This document shows, in pieces, positions 1 through 9,163 of a stretch of 38,596 nt of DNA. The stretch lies in contig JAQBGU010000170.1 in the NCBI GenBank assembly GCA_032128375.1, forward strand, positions 1 to 38,596, read 5' to 3'. The position numbers were made by a program, and so were the translations under genes. The notes beneath the pieces were generated by a model that was not told the DNA's origin, ran no database searches, and saw only the letters and a list, made by a program, of their open reading frames with translations. This DNA is from Deltaproteobacteria bacterium (GTDB lineage Bacteria; Myxococcota_A; UBA9160; SMWR01). Every line of letters starts with the position of its first letter. The first letter of the stretch is position 1.

Positions 1-204
1 CGGAGCGCGTCCACACCTCGATGGCCGACACACCGGTCGGTCGGCCCGTGGAATCACGACCCTGGGAGCACGCCAAGGTCATCGGATTGCCGCGTGTCGG
101 CGGTCTCCACCACCGATATGGCCTGGCGCGAGGCCGCCTAATCGGCAGTCTTCTCAGCGTCGATCAGCTCATCAGAGGTCGCGGATGAATATTGAGAACA
201 GACA
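1..204 (+). mobile_element. 3' end of IS481-like (integrase core) element with right terminal inverted repeat
   Basis: Translates ERVHTSMADTPVGRPVESRP..VIGLPRVGGLHHRY, a typical C-terminus for this transposase group. 182-204 CGGATGAATATTGAGAACAGACA is the reverse complement (21/23) of 6005-6027; ends are TGT...ACA. 1-121 is near-identical to 17756-17875. Confidence 0.75.
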
Positions 205-239
205 ACACGGATTTGCGGCCGATCCGGCCCCGATCCGGG
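205..239 (+). repeat. Partial copy of a ~66-bp dispersed repeat
   Basis: ACACGGATTTGCGGCCGATCCGGCCCCGATCCGGG matches the 3' half of the copies at 5651-5717 and 11921-11987. Confidence 0.8.
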
Positions 240-495
240 CCTCGGTCTCGAGGAGGTCGAGCATAACTGCCATATTCGGATGGTCCGACCGGAGTTCGGC
301 CAGCATTCTCACCAGGTCATTGCTCATATCACGGCTCCAGACCCCCATGTAATGGTCTCCGAACAGGCTCGCGCTGGGAACCAGGGATAACCCCTATCGA
401 TGCACGGCGGCTCGCATGTGTAGCCCACGGCTACTCCCGCCACGCAAGAATCATGATGCTGCGAAAGTCAAACTCGCGTTGATCGAATTGGACGT

Positions 496-529
496 ACTGA
501 CACGGTATAATGACTGACACGGCATAATG
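496..529 (+). promoter_or_regulatory. 17-bp tandem duplication containing a TATAAT hexamer upstream of mscL
   Basis: ACTGACACGGTATAATG (496-512) followed by ACTGACACGGCATAATG (513-529); TATAAT at 506-511. No well-spaced -35 found. Confidence 0.45.
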
Positions 530-577
530 ACAGGGCAAGACAAACAATAAATCGTTTACCCAATGGGAGAGAAAATC

Positions 578-994
578 ATGTTAGAGGAGTTCAAAAAATT
601 TGCGATGCGCGGAAATGTTGTGGATATGGCCGTCGGCATCGTCATCGGAGCCGCATCTGGAAAAATCGTAAGCTCTGTCGTGAATGACATCCTCATGCCA
701 CCGATCGGCTTGCTGATGGGGGGCGTTGATTTCAGCAACCTGTTCCTGGATCTGAGTGGATCCGGTCACGCCACGCTGGCCCTGGCCGAAGCGGCTGGTG
801 CCCCGCTCATCAAGTACGGGGTATTCGTCAATACGGTACTGGACTTCGTGATCGTTGCTTTTGCGATATTCATGGTCGTCAAGGGCATGAACAAATTGGA
901 GAAAAAGGAAGAAGCAGCACCTGCAGAGCCGCCGAAGCCGACTCCGGAAGTTGCGCTTCTCACAGAGATTCGTGACTCGCTACGCAGCAGATGA
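578..994 (+). CDS. mscL: Large-conductance mechanosensitive channel MscL
   Basis: [24 protein letters not shown]...LLTEIRDSL signature; GGAGA RBS before the ATG at 578. Confidence 0.97.
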   Translation: MLEEFKKFAMRGNVVDMAVGIVIGAASGKIVSSVVNDILMPPIGLLMGGVDFSNLFLDLSGSGHATLALAEAAGAPLIKYGVFVNTVLDFVIVAFAIFMVVKGMNKLEKKEEAAPAEPPKPTPEVALLTEIRDSLRSR

Positions 995-1379
995 TCATCG
1001 CTTGCCTGAACTCAGGCGCCCCGATGGTTATGTGATACCAGGGCCCCGGCTCAGCAGGGATTCAGATCGGTCCGATTTGATGATGATGTCTGTGCCACTA
1101 CGGGCAGACTGTCAAAGTCGCGGGCGCTTTCGTCGAGGATAACGTCCGCAATGGCTTCAAGCAGGCTCTGGTTCGACAGATAGATCTCTCTGTTTTCTGT
1201 TGACGTTCAGAAGCGTCGAGATCTGATGTTCCTCGAGTTCAGCGTGGCTGAGTCTCGACCAGTCGGTGTGCGTGGTTGCCCAAGTGGATCCCATCCTACC
1301 GAGTGAGTACTGTGTTGAGTAGCATCGTAAAGAAAGCGTCGGGCACGTGGGTCGGCGCGCTTGATTTCCCCAATCACCG

Positions 1380-1721
1380 GTGTACCCATCCTCCGTGAAT
1401 CTGATCGAGATCTGCGTGAACTGTCCAGGCACCGAGATCGCGCGACGCATTGCTGCAGCGCTGATCGAACAGCGGCTGGTGGCCTGTGCGAATGTCCATT
1501 CCCCGATCGAAAGCCGCTATCGCTGGAAGGGGAACGTCGAACAGGAGGCCGAAGTGCCATTGGTCGTCAAGACGCGGGAGGAGCTGTTCGGTCGCGTCGC
1601 GGAGGCGATCAAGACGATGCACCCCTATGAAACGCCGAGCATCATCGGCACGGCCGCGTCCCAGGTCGATCCAGCCTACCTGGATTGGATCTATGCAGAG
1701 ACCAAGGAGCCCATCGACTGA
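1380..1721 (+). CDS. cutA: Divalent-cation tolerance protein CutA
   Basis: LVACAN...SRYRWKG..E...KT...HPYETPSI...YLDWI motifs. The start may instead be the GTG at 1395. Confidence 0.92.
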   Translation: MYPSSVNLIEICVNCPGTEIARRIAAALIEQRLVACANVHSPIESRYRWKGNVEQEAEVPLVVKTREELFGRVAEAIKTMHPYETPSIIGTAASQVDPAYLDWIYAETKEPID

Positions 1722-1833
1722 GAATCGGCCGGGGGAAAGTGACCCGGCTCACCACGGCTGCTCGACCGTTCGGCCGAAGGCTCCTGTGTCGCTGCGACCG
1801 GCTCATTTCATGTCGCGAAACCCAGGAGGGGCC

Positions 1834-2346
1834 ATGGGGCTCGACGATCGAACACGTGAAGAACTGACACAATGGATGCGGGGAGCGAGGGTCTACCTTT
1901 GGACCTTCGTCGCGGGGGGCATTTTCGCGTTCGCCTGCACCTACTCCCCGCTTCACAGCGTCAAGGACCGGAAGATCGAGCTGCTCGAGAACCGACTTCA
2001 GCAATCAACCACCCGGACGGCCGCCTTCGAGTCGGAGTCCAATGCGATGCCGGCTCAGGCCGACAGCCAGCCCGATCGCGAGGCCTTCGAACGGCTGAAG
2101 GGCGAACTGGCTGCTGCGATGACCCGACACAGCGGATTCGAAGGGAACCTGGATCGAGCCGACCGGGAGGCCAAGGAGCTCTTGAAGTCACGCGATAGCT
2201 GGAAGGCCAAGTACGCGAAGCTGGAGAAGAGCCGAGACGACCTGGCCGATGCACTTGTCGCCGCAAACGCCAGCCTGAAAGTTTCCCATCAGCGGGAAAA
2301 GGATCAGCAGGAGCAATCCGCAACCGCGAACCTCACGCAGCGCTAG
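1834..2346 (+). CDS. Hypothetical membrane-anchored coiled-coil protein
   Basis: AGGAGG RBS then ATG 1834; one hydrophobic segment (VYLWTFVAGGIFAFAC) followed by a charged heptad-like region. Confidence 0.65.
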   Translation: MGLDDRTREELTQWMRGARVYLWTFVAGGIFAFACTYSPLHSVKDRKIELLENRLQQSTTRTAAFESESNAMPAQADSQPDREAFERLKGELAAAMTRHSGFEGNLDRADREAKELLKSRDSWKAKYAKLEKSRDDLADALVAANASLKVSHQREKDQQEQSATANLTQR

Positions 2347-3224
2347 CGACCCACCCTCGCGAAGCGGCCTTCCAACGTCTCGCCGCGAAAGCCGTCGAAC
2401 CGGTTGCCGATGACGTCGTCGAGCTGTGCCAATCGCTGCTCGGGGTGAGGGTGAGTGGTGAACAGCAGCCGGACCGAGCTGTCGTCCGCGGCGAGTCGAC
2501 CGATGTCCTGCAATACCGCGACCAGTCCGAAGGGATCGTATCCCGCGCGCGCAGCCAGCGCGACGGCAACACGATCGGCTTCGTACTCGGCGTTTCGATC
2601 GAGCGAACGCGAGAAGATCTCCGCGCCATCGCCGATCATCTCCTTCACGAACTCGCTGTCGGCGAACGGTTTCGCGAGCATCTTGCCGCCCATGTCCACC
2701 AGTTCGCTCTGCATCAGAATTTCGAGTTGGTGTTTCTTGACCACGTGGGCGATTTCGTGCGCGAGTACGCCGGCCAGTTCACTTTCGCTTCGCAGCATCG
2801 CGTAGAGCCCACTGGTGATGAGGATGTAACCACCCGGTGCGGCGAATGCGTTGATGTCGTCCGATTCGATGACACCGAAGTGCCACGCGAGCCCGGGACG
2901 TTCGCTCTGGCTGGCAACCCAGCGTCCGACCGAATTGACGTATTCCTGCAGCCGCGCGTCATCGACGAGCGGGGCGGCTCCGAGCAGGTTGCCGGCCAGC
3001 TGTCGACCGATCGCCAACTCCTGCTCTTCCGGGATCGCGAGCGCCTCGCGCATGACGACGAGAAGTGCTTCTTCGAGCGGGTCGGAAGACGCTGGCTCCG
3101 ACTCGGCCTCGGGAGCTGTTTTCTCTACACCGATTGTTGACTTGAGTTTCTGCCAGAAGTCCGCGGCTTGTGCGGTGCCCACACAGAGCGATACGAAGAG
3201 TGCTGCACACAGGACCCTTTTCAT
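2343..3224 (-). CDS. Secreted M48 family zinc metalloprotease
   Basis: Signal peptide MKRVLCAALF..AQA; NAFAAPGG, ELAGVLAHEIAH (HExxH), EYEAD and THPHPEQR motifs; ATGA overlap with the upstream gene. Confidence 0.92.
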   Translation of the reverse strand: MKRVLCAALFVSLCVGTAQAADFWQKLKSTIGVEKTAPEAESEPASSDPLEEALLVVMREALAIPEEQELAIGRQLAGNLLGAAPLVDDARLQEYVNSVGRWVASQSERPGLAWHFGVIESDDINAFAAPGGYILITSGLYAMLRSESELAGVLAHEIAHVVKKHQLEILMQSELVDMGGKMLAKPFADSEFVKEMIGDGAEIFSRSLDRNAEYEADRVAVALAARAGYDPFGLVAVLQDIGRLAADDSSVRLLFTTHPHPEQRLAQLDDVIGNRFDGFRGETLEGRFARVGR

Positions 3225-3829
3225 CGCGGCCACCAGACTTCCTTCTCCTTGCCATTCTGTGGAACGGGGAGGGAGTCGAACTTCCTTGCCACGAGGTTGC
3301 CCTTCGCGGCGAAATCTCGCGCTTGTGTCGGCGTGACCACAAAAGACTCCAACGCCTCGAGGTCCATCTCGTCGAACTCGGCCATCTTCAGGTCCTCTTC
3401 GCTCAGCCCGCGAATGCCCGTGGTGGCGACGACGTGCCCCGTTCCAGCACGGCCGGATGCCAGGCTCAGGATTCCTTCCACGTCCAGAGCCGCCGTGCGC
3501 GGCTTGCCACGGCGAATGCTGAGCATCCGCACCCATCCGCTGTTGTCATCCACATTCACGCGATACCAGCCACCGGCCCGGTCGAGGATGTCGACTTCAT
3601 CGCCGGGTTCGAGCGATCCCGTCGGAACCGCGTCGCGAAACGGCTCGGGCCGGATATCCGCCGGTTTGAGCGCGACGCCCGATTCCCGCGCCGTCTGCTG
3701 GGCTGATTCCTGCGCCGACTCCTCAGCCGCTCCCTCGGCTTTCTTTTCGGCAGGTTCGGCAGTGATTGCGAATCGGGCCCCCAGCAATGACACCACCAGC
3801 GCGACCAGAACCACCCTCGTCATCTTCAC
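3221..3829 (-). CDS. Secreted SH3b-domain protein
   Basis: Signal peptide, then IRPEP..GSLEPGDEVDILDRAGGWYRV..GWVRM (bacterial SH3 pattern) and a TTGIRGL-containing tail; overlaps both neighbours by 4 nt. Confidence 0.8.
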   Translation of the reverse strand: MKMTRVVLVALVVSLLGARFAITAEPAEKKAEGAAEESAQESAQQTARESGVALKPADIRPEPFRDAVPTGSLEPGDEVDILDRAGGWYRVNVDDNSGWVRMLSIRRGKPRTAALDVEGILSLASGRAGTGHVVATTGIRGLSEEDLKMAEFDEMDLEALESFVVTPTQARDFAAKGNLVARKFDSLPVPQNGKEKEVWWPR

Positions 3830-5547
3830 GATCGACTCCCTTCATCCGAGACCCGTGCTGCCGCCAATGAGAGCTGCGCTTCGGCGAGAAGCCCGTCCCA
3901 CCCGGCGTTCGCCGCCGCGCCGCCCGAAATCTGCGTCTCGCGGAACACCCAAGTCGGGCAGTTTGCCTGATTTCCCGTTGTTCGGGAAACGATCTCGTCT
4001 AGGGAACTGGTGATGATCTCGACATCCCGATTCACCTGTTCGCGGACCACGGGATCCTGAGACGGGACCAGCCAGGAGATCGCCAGTGTATTGGCCAACA
4101 GCGACCAGAGTCCCGTCTGGCCGGGGCTGACCATCTCGACACTCTTGAACTGGCTTCCGGTTTCTTCCAGTTTGCGACAGATCCGTTTCAGCTTTTCTTC
4201 GGCGATGGACACACCGGGTGCGGCAATACGGATGAGCAACAGGAATGCATTCGACGTGCCTTCGCATTCGATGGAGCCTTGGAGGGCATTCGTCTCCAAC
4301 GCCCGGCTACTCGCGGTCGCGTAGAGCCTGGCGACGGCGAAGTATGCGAGCCCGATCGCGAACGGTCCAGTCAGGTTGATGTAGGTGCTGGTGAAGTTGA
4401 TGCTCGCATAGCTGACGCCCAGCAGCACGAACTCCGACATGCCGACGAGGTTATCCACGTACCGAAGGCCGGTTTCCCTGAAAAAAGCCACAGCCATCAT
4501 CGAGACCATCGCGAGCGTGAGCATCGGGTACAGCAGGCGCCCTTCCGGATAGTGCAGGTAGTCGCCGCGTTTCAGGTTGTCGATCGCGGTCGCCATGATT
4601 TCCACACCGGGATGCAGTTGGCTGACCGGTGTCGGCTTGATGTCGAACAAACTGGGTGCCGTCGAGCCGATCAGGACGATCTTGCCCGCGAACTCGTCCG
4701 CCGGGCGCTTCTTGACTTTGCGAAGCATATCGTCGAAGAGATCGGCAAACCCCACCGTCCTGTACGAAAAGGGCCTGCCGCGCCAATTGAGAAGCACCGT
4801 CGGAGTGGAGGGCACCGGGTAGCCGAGTTCATCGGCAACCCGCGCCGGCAAGGACGGGATCCTCCAGCCGTAGTCATCGAGGTAGACCAGATACTGTCGC
4901 GCGATTCCGTCGGGATCCGGAGCAATGTTGTGGATCCCGAGACGTCCGCCCTCCAGTATCGACAAGAAGTGGGGCAACACGACCGCGATGGTGGCATCCA
5001 GCTGTGCCTTTCCCTCGATCGGAATCGCGCCCGGAATCATCGAGACCTTGATCTGACTCAGCGGGTCGCTCGCAACGTCCAAGCGCAACACCGGGAAGAA
5101 CGTATTCGAGGTTTCCGCGACCACTGCGTCGAAGTACTCGTCGCTGTCGGGGTTGTAGACATCCGGGTCGCTGAACAGGATGTCGAACACGACTGCCCTG
5201 GGTTTCTGCTGCTCGAGATGTTCGAGAAACTCCGCCAGAACCTGACGCGGCCACGGCCAACGGCCGTATTCCCTCGCCAGTGCAGCCAGACTGGCCTCAT
5301 TGATATCGACGATGACGATCTCGTCGTCGGGCTTCGGCGTGAGGATCCGGTAACGCAACATCAGGTCGAAACCCGCATGATGCATCCTGTCCGTCAGATG
5401 AAAGAATGCCGCATCGGCGACGACGAACAGCGCGAAGAGGCTCGCGAGAAAGAGATAGACCTTGTTTTTCCAGCGACTGACGACGACCAGAAACAGCGGG
5501 GAAATCAGCCGAAGGAGCAGGTTGTAGGCAAGGATAAACGGGTTCAT
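3826..5547 (-). CDS. CHASE2-domain membrane sensor with no recognisable output domain
   Basis: IVIVDINEASL..GRWPWPR..AVVFDILF, DPDGIAR, GKIVLIGSTA and PGVEIMATAIDNL motifs, then three TM helices and a ~165-aa tail lacking cyclase, GGDEF or kinase motifs. Confidence 0.88.
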   Translation of the reverse strand: MNPFILAYNLLLRLISPLFLVVVSRWKNKVYLFLASLFALFVVADAAFFHLTDRMHHAGFDLMLRYRILTPKPDDEIVIVDINEASLAALAREYGRWPWPRQVLAEFLEHLEQQKPRAVVFDILFSDPDVYNPDSDEYFDAVVAETSNTFFPVLRLDVASDPLSQIKVSMIPGAIPIEGKAQLDATIAVVLPHFLSILEGGRLGIHNIAPDPDGIARQYLVYLDDYGWRIPSLPARVADELGYPVPSTPTVLLNWRGRPFSYRTVGFADLFDDMLRKVKKRPADEFAGKIVLIGSTAPSLFDIKPTPVSQLHPGVEIMATAIDNLKRGDYLHYPEGRLLYPMLTLAMVSMMAVAFFRETGLRYVDNLVGMSEFVLLGVSYASINFTSTYINLTGPFAIGLAYFAVARLYATASSRALETNALQGSIECEGTSNAFLLLIRIAAPGVSIAEEKLKRICRKLEETGSQFKSVEMVSPGQTGLWSLLANTLAISWLVPSQDPVVREQVNRDVEIITSSLDEIVSRTTGNQANCPTWVFRETQISGGAAANAGWDGLLAEAQLSLAAARVSDEGSRS

Positions 5548-5650
5548 CGGTCCGACGGATCACTCTAGCTGTCGCGCAGCCACGCGGCGAAGGCTCGATG
5601 CGGCCGCGACACGCGTGTCGGCAGGTAGGGATTTTCTGCTGGGTTTCAGG

Positions 5651-5717
5651 ATACCCAGCCGAATAGCAGCGTCGCAAGGTACACGGATCTGCGGCCGATC
5701 CGGCCCCGATCCGGGGG
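5651..5717 (+). repeat. ~66-bp dispersed repeat, full copy
   Basis: ATACCCAGCCGAATAGCAGCGTCGCAAGGTACACGGATCTGCGGCCGATCCGGCCCCGATCCGGGG; near-identical to 11921-11987. Confidence 0.85.
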
Positions 5718-5826
5718 ATCTTTTCCAACGAGGTGTCGAGTCAAGTCGCCCGGGATCACTCTCAAGCGAACGGCGTACCGGAGTCCATGGCAAAACGGAA
5801 CGGCAGAGCGCTGGGTGGGATCATGC

Positions 5827-6004
5827 AAGCGCGAGATCGTCGATCATATGATCGTGTTCAATCAGAACCGATTGCGGCGGCTGCTCCGCGATTACGTCGG
5901 CTACTACAACGCCGAGCGCGTTCATACAGTGATTCGAGATGCGCCCGACGGTCGCGCAATCCAGACTCGACCCTCATTGGGCGCCAAAGTCGTCGGACTA
6001 CCAC
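5827..6004 (+). pseudogene. IS481-like transposase 3' fragment, cut by a second element end at 6005
   Basis: REIVDHMIVFNQNRLRRLLRDYVGYYNAERVH..VVGLP stops just before the expected GGLHHRY, exactly where the next inverted repeat begins. Confidence 0.75.
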
Positions 6005-6913
6005 TGTGTGTTCTCAATATTCGTCCGGCTGAATTCATTGGGTTTTTCCGCCCTGCCCTCAACGCCCATGCTTGGATGATACACCCGATCGATACGTAGA
6101 TTCAGACTCGTTCCCGCACGAGATATGGCGCAGGATCTCGGTCCCCATGCGCACTCGGGTCCGATTCACGGCGCTACTCTTCCATTGCATCCTCGCCTGA
6201 AGTCATCGGGAGCAAGCGATCGTCGAGACGGCGTTGAGACAACAGCTCGCGAGATATGCCAGAAACGCCGCAGACCGAAGCGATCTCCGCTGGACCGTGT
6301 CTTTTGGATCGCGTTGTCGCGCCGCGGGCCACGATCGAAGAGCCACACCGTCGTCGTTCGCCCGGAGGCCGTAGTCCGTTGGCATCGCGACGGATTCCGC
6401 CGTGGGCGATCCATCTCAACGCCCGGCCCCGGCCGTCCACCCATCTCGGAGCAGACGAAGGCTCTCATCATGAGGATGGCCACCGAGAACGGCCGGCGCG
6501 CGAGAAAGATCCACGCGGAGCGATCGAAACTCGGCATCTCGCTCAGCCTCGCCACGATTTCGCGGCCCGAGACCCTACCCGATCCAAATCAGCAGCAACG
6601 CTGGATGACCTTGTTGCGGAATCACCAGGACGGGATCGCGGGCATGGACTTCTTCGTCGTCCCGACGGTCAGGTTTCGATGGCTGTACGTCGGGTTCGCA
6701 ATCGACCACGGACGACGCAGGATTCTGCACGACAACGTCACTGAGCACCCGACCGCTCGTTGGGTGATTCAGCAGCAGCGCGAGACCTTCCCCGACGAGC
6801 CAACCCATCGGTTCATCATCTACGACAACGCCTCGATCTCTTCTCGCCTGCAGTCAGCCATGCGATGGAGAGCTTTGGCGTCGATCCGAAACGAACCGCA
6901 TTCCGATGCCCAT
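6005..6913 (+). mobile_element. IS481-like element: left IR plus frameshifted, 3'-truncated transposase
   Basis: IR TGTGTGTTCTCAATATTCGTCCG at 6005-6027; ATG 6147; motifs VRPEAVVRWHRDGF, GRPPIS, MDFFVVPT and NVTEHPTARWVIQQ; multiple frameshifts. Confidence 0.8.
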
Positions 6914-7446
6914 GGGTCGAGATGACGGATGTTGACCTCGATGTCGTTACGCACGACGTCGCTTGTCTCATCGAAGGCATCGGCAGCATGGAGTCGATTC
7001 TTCTCTTGGGTGGCGTTCTTCGTCATCGCTCGATTCGACGCGAAATGGCCCGCAAGTCCATGCATTCGGGATCTGGGGGCGACCAGGCCGCGAAGGGCAT
7101 GCGCCTTGCGAACTCGAGAATCACTTTTGCATCGATGGCGTCGGTCTTCGACCGCCGGAGAAATGCTCCGGCGAACTGAGCGAGGGCGCCTGGGTTGACC
7201 ACCCTGACCTCGACCCGTTCGGATCGGTGCAGCGCGAACGCCAGATCGAGGCTGTAGTTTCCAGTGGGCTTCGAGAGCGACGCGCGCAGAGCGCCCGCGC
7301 TTCGTGATCACGGCGATGAGCTTGCGGTGACCGAGACGATCGTTGGCGAACTCGAGTACGGCCCCTCGCTGTTCATCCTGCTCGATGACCACCGCCAATG
7401 TCTTCGCGCTAACGTCGACTCCAACCAAGCTGATCTTCTTCAACAC
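6914..7446 (-). pseudogene. IS110-family DEDD recombinase, N-terminal half, frameshifted
   Basis: VGVDVSAKTL, VALEA-GNYS, VNP...SKTDAIDA and QEKNRL across shifted frames; the C-terminal domain is missing. Confidence 0.88.
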
Positions 7447-7479
7447 ATTCTCCTGATGCTCTACTACAATGGCTACCGG

Positions 7480-7675
7480 TTCCCCGACCCTGCACCATCA
7501 CCTACTCGTCTTGTAAGCGCAGGCTCTCGGGCCTCGGATACTCCACGGCATGGGTGAAGAGGGCGGGGGGCCAATCTAACTGTCAAGCTCCTGGCTTCAT
7601 ACGGCTTCGGCCTCACCCGGTTGTTCGTCTGAAGTATACGAAGGTCGTATTCAAGGGACTTCGTTGATATACAAG
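7480..7675 (-). ncRNA. Predicted IS110 bridge RNA and element left end
   Basis: On the minus strand the element starts CT-TGTAT (7675-7669). A target-binding-like loop GAAGCCGU..hairpin..CAGUUAGAU (~7608-7574) is followed by a donor-binding-like loop GGAGUAUC..hairpin..UUACAAG (~7544-7510), the same order and motifs as the IS621 bridge RNA. Confidence 0.75.
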
Positions 7676-7692
7676 GCGGCTTCGGAGGCGCG

Positions 7693-8313
7693 ATGAAACG
7701 AGCCGCGGTCGGCGTTTCGGCTCATCTAGGATGGGCGGTGTCGGCAACCGTCGTCGTGGAGAGATCTGGAATTCGAGTTCTCCGCACCGATCGACTCGAG
7801 GTTGCGGCCGCTAGTGATCGAGTTGCCCGCGAGCCCTACCACGTGGCCGGCGGGTTCGAAGGCCTCGATCGGGTTCCTCGTCCCGCAGACCCTGAGGCCA
7901 GCTTGCAGCGAGGCTTGTCGCGGCAGCGTCGTTTGGCCGAGCGAGTGGTCAGCAAGCTCTCGTCGACGCTCGAGTCCGATGGGTATCGCCTGGCGTATAC
8001 GGGAATTCTCGTGAGTCGCGGAAAGCGGGCCCCCACTTTCGAACGCGCGGTGGGCTCTCATACCCAGATTCACGTCGAGGAGGGCATCGCGATTCGGGAC
8101 GCTATTCGGGGTGCCCTTGAAGCTCTTGGTACACGGGTCCGCGAAGTCGACCAGAAGAGCCTCTGGCCTGAAGCCGCATCTCAACTCGAACTCGGAGAGG
8201 CGTCACTCGCGAGGACCCTCAGGGAGCTTCGCCCAGCTCATGGCTCCTGGCGCAAAGAGGAGCAGTCCGCCGCCTTGGCCGCCTGGCTCAGCTGGCCGGA
8301 CGTTCGTCGCTGA
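7693..8313 (+). CDS. Hypothetical protein
   Basis: GGAGG RBS, ATG, 206 aa with plausible coding composition; no family assigned. Confidence 0.75.
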   Translation: MKRAAVGVSAHLGWAVSATVVVERSGIRVLRTDRLEVAAASDRVAREPYHVAGGFEGLDRVPRPADPEASLQRGLSRQRRLAERVVSKLSSTLESDGYRLAYTGILVSRGKRAPTFERAVGSHTQIHVEEGIAIRDAIRGALEALGTRVREVDQKSLWPEAASQLELGEASLARTLRELRPAHGSWRKEEQSAALAAWLSWPDVRR

Positions 8314-8408
8314 AGTCAGCGTCGCCCGACAGGGCACAGCATGCAGGGACCGTCGACCGCTGATTCGACTTGACCTCGGGTGCCGTCTGGCGCCATGCTG
8401 GGGCGGCC

Positions 8409-8864
8409 ATGCTGAAATTTCAGCTCCCCGATTGTGCAATGACCCTTGAAGAGGGCCTCAGCGAGTACTACGGCAACCGCGATGATCTGGTCACGGGGCG
8501 CGGCGTTTCGGATTCAGCCCGAAAGTTCTTCCGCTGTCACGATGTAGCTCACGTGGTATTTGGCTGCAGCACAACTCTCACCAACGAGGCGATGGTGAAG
8601 ATCTGGAGCTTCTTCGGCACGACGGCCGGCCTTTCACTTCTTCGAGACTATCGATCTCCTGAATCGAAAGAGATCTACGAGCAGATCAAGTGGAGCGACG
8701 TCCCTGGAACTGCGTTCCGATCTCTGGTCAATGTTCCACTCGTCCTGTTCCGTTGCCTGCGAATGCACGAGCGCTGGCCTTGGTCCGACTTCGACCAATA
8801 CAGGAGCGTCCCCCTGGCCGAGATCCGGAGAAAGTACGGAATCAGGGTCGTACCCGTCGCTTGA
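8409..8864 (+). CDS. Hypothetical protein with Coq4-like HDxxH...E motif
   Basis: CHDVAHVVFG...NE and C-terminal WPW..Y..PLAEIRRKYGI resemble Coq4-type metal-binding proteins. Confidence 0.6.
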   Translation: MLKFQLPDCAMTLEEGLSEYYGNRDDLVTGRGVSDSARKFFRCHDVAHVVFGCSTTLTNEAMVKIWSFFGTTAGLSLLRDYRSPESKEIYEQIKWSDVPGTAFRSLVNVPLVLFRCLRMHERWPWSDFDQYRSVPLAEIRRKYGIRVVPVA

Positions 8865-8993
8865 CGCCGGACCAGGCATCGGTGCTGGCGGTCAGCACTG
8901 TCTGGCGCGACTCGGCTCGATTGGCCTCGAGATGACGCTTCCGTGATCATGGCGTCGGAGAGCGTTGCGCCCATCGGGACCGGAGAAGCAGGG

Positions 8994-9062
8994 ATGGGTC
9001 AGTCAGCGAAATTCTGGGACAAGACGGCTGCTAGCTATGCGGAACGGCCTGTCGCAAACATT
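8994..9062 (+). pseudogene. N-terminal stub of a class I SAM methyltransferase
   Basis: GGAG RBS, then MGQSAKFWDKTAASYAERPVAN, after which the similarity is lost. Confidence 0.45.
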
Positions 9063-9163
9063 CGGCAATCGCTTGTGGGAGCGTCGTCCAGCCGGCCCCC
9101 GTCTGCCTGTGCTCCCGATGAGGCCCTCCAGATTCGCCAATCGACGCGCTCCCGATTTCGCCC

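Noticed and set aside
1157..1330. Minus-strand peptide LGNHAHRLVETQP resembling a Y1 (HUH) transposase motif
   Set aside because: Too short and bounded by stops; cannot be supported without a search.
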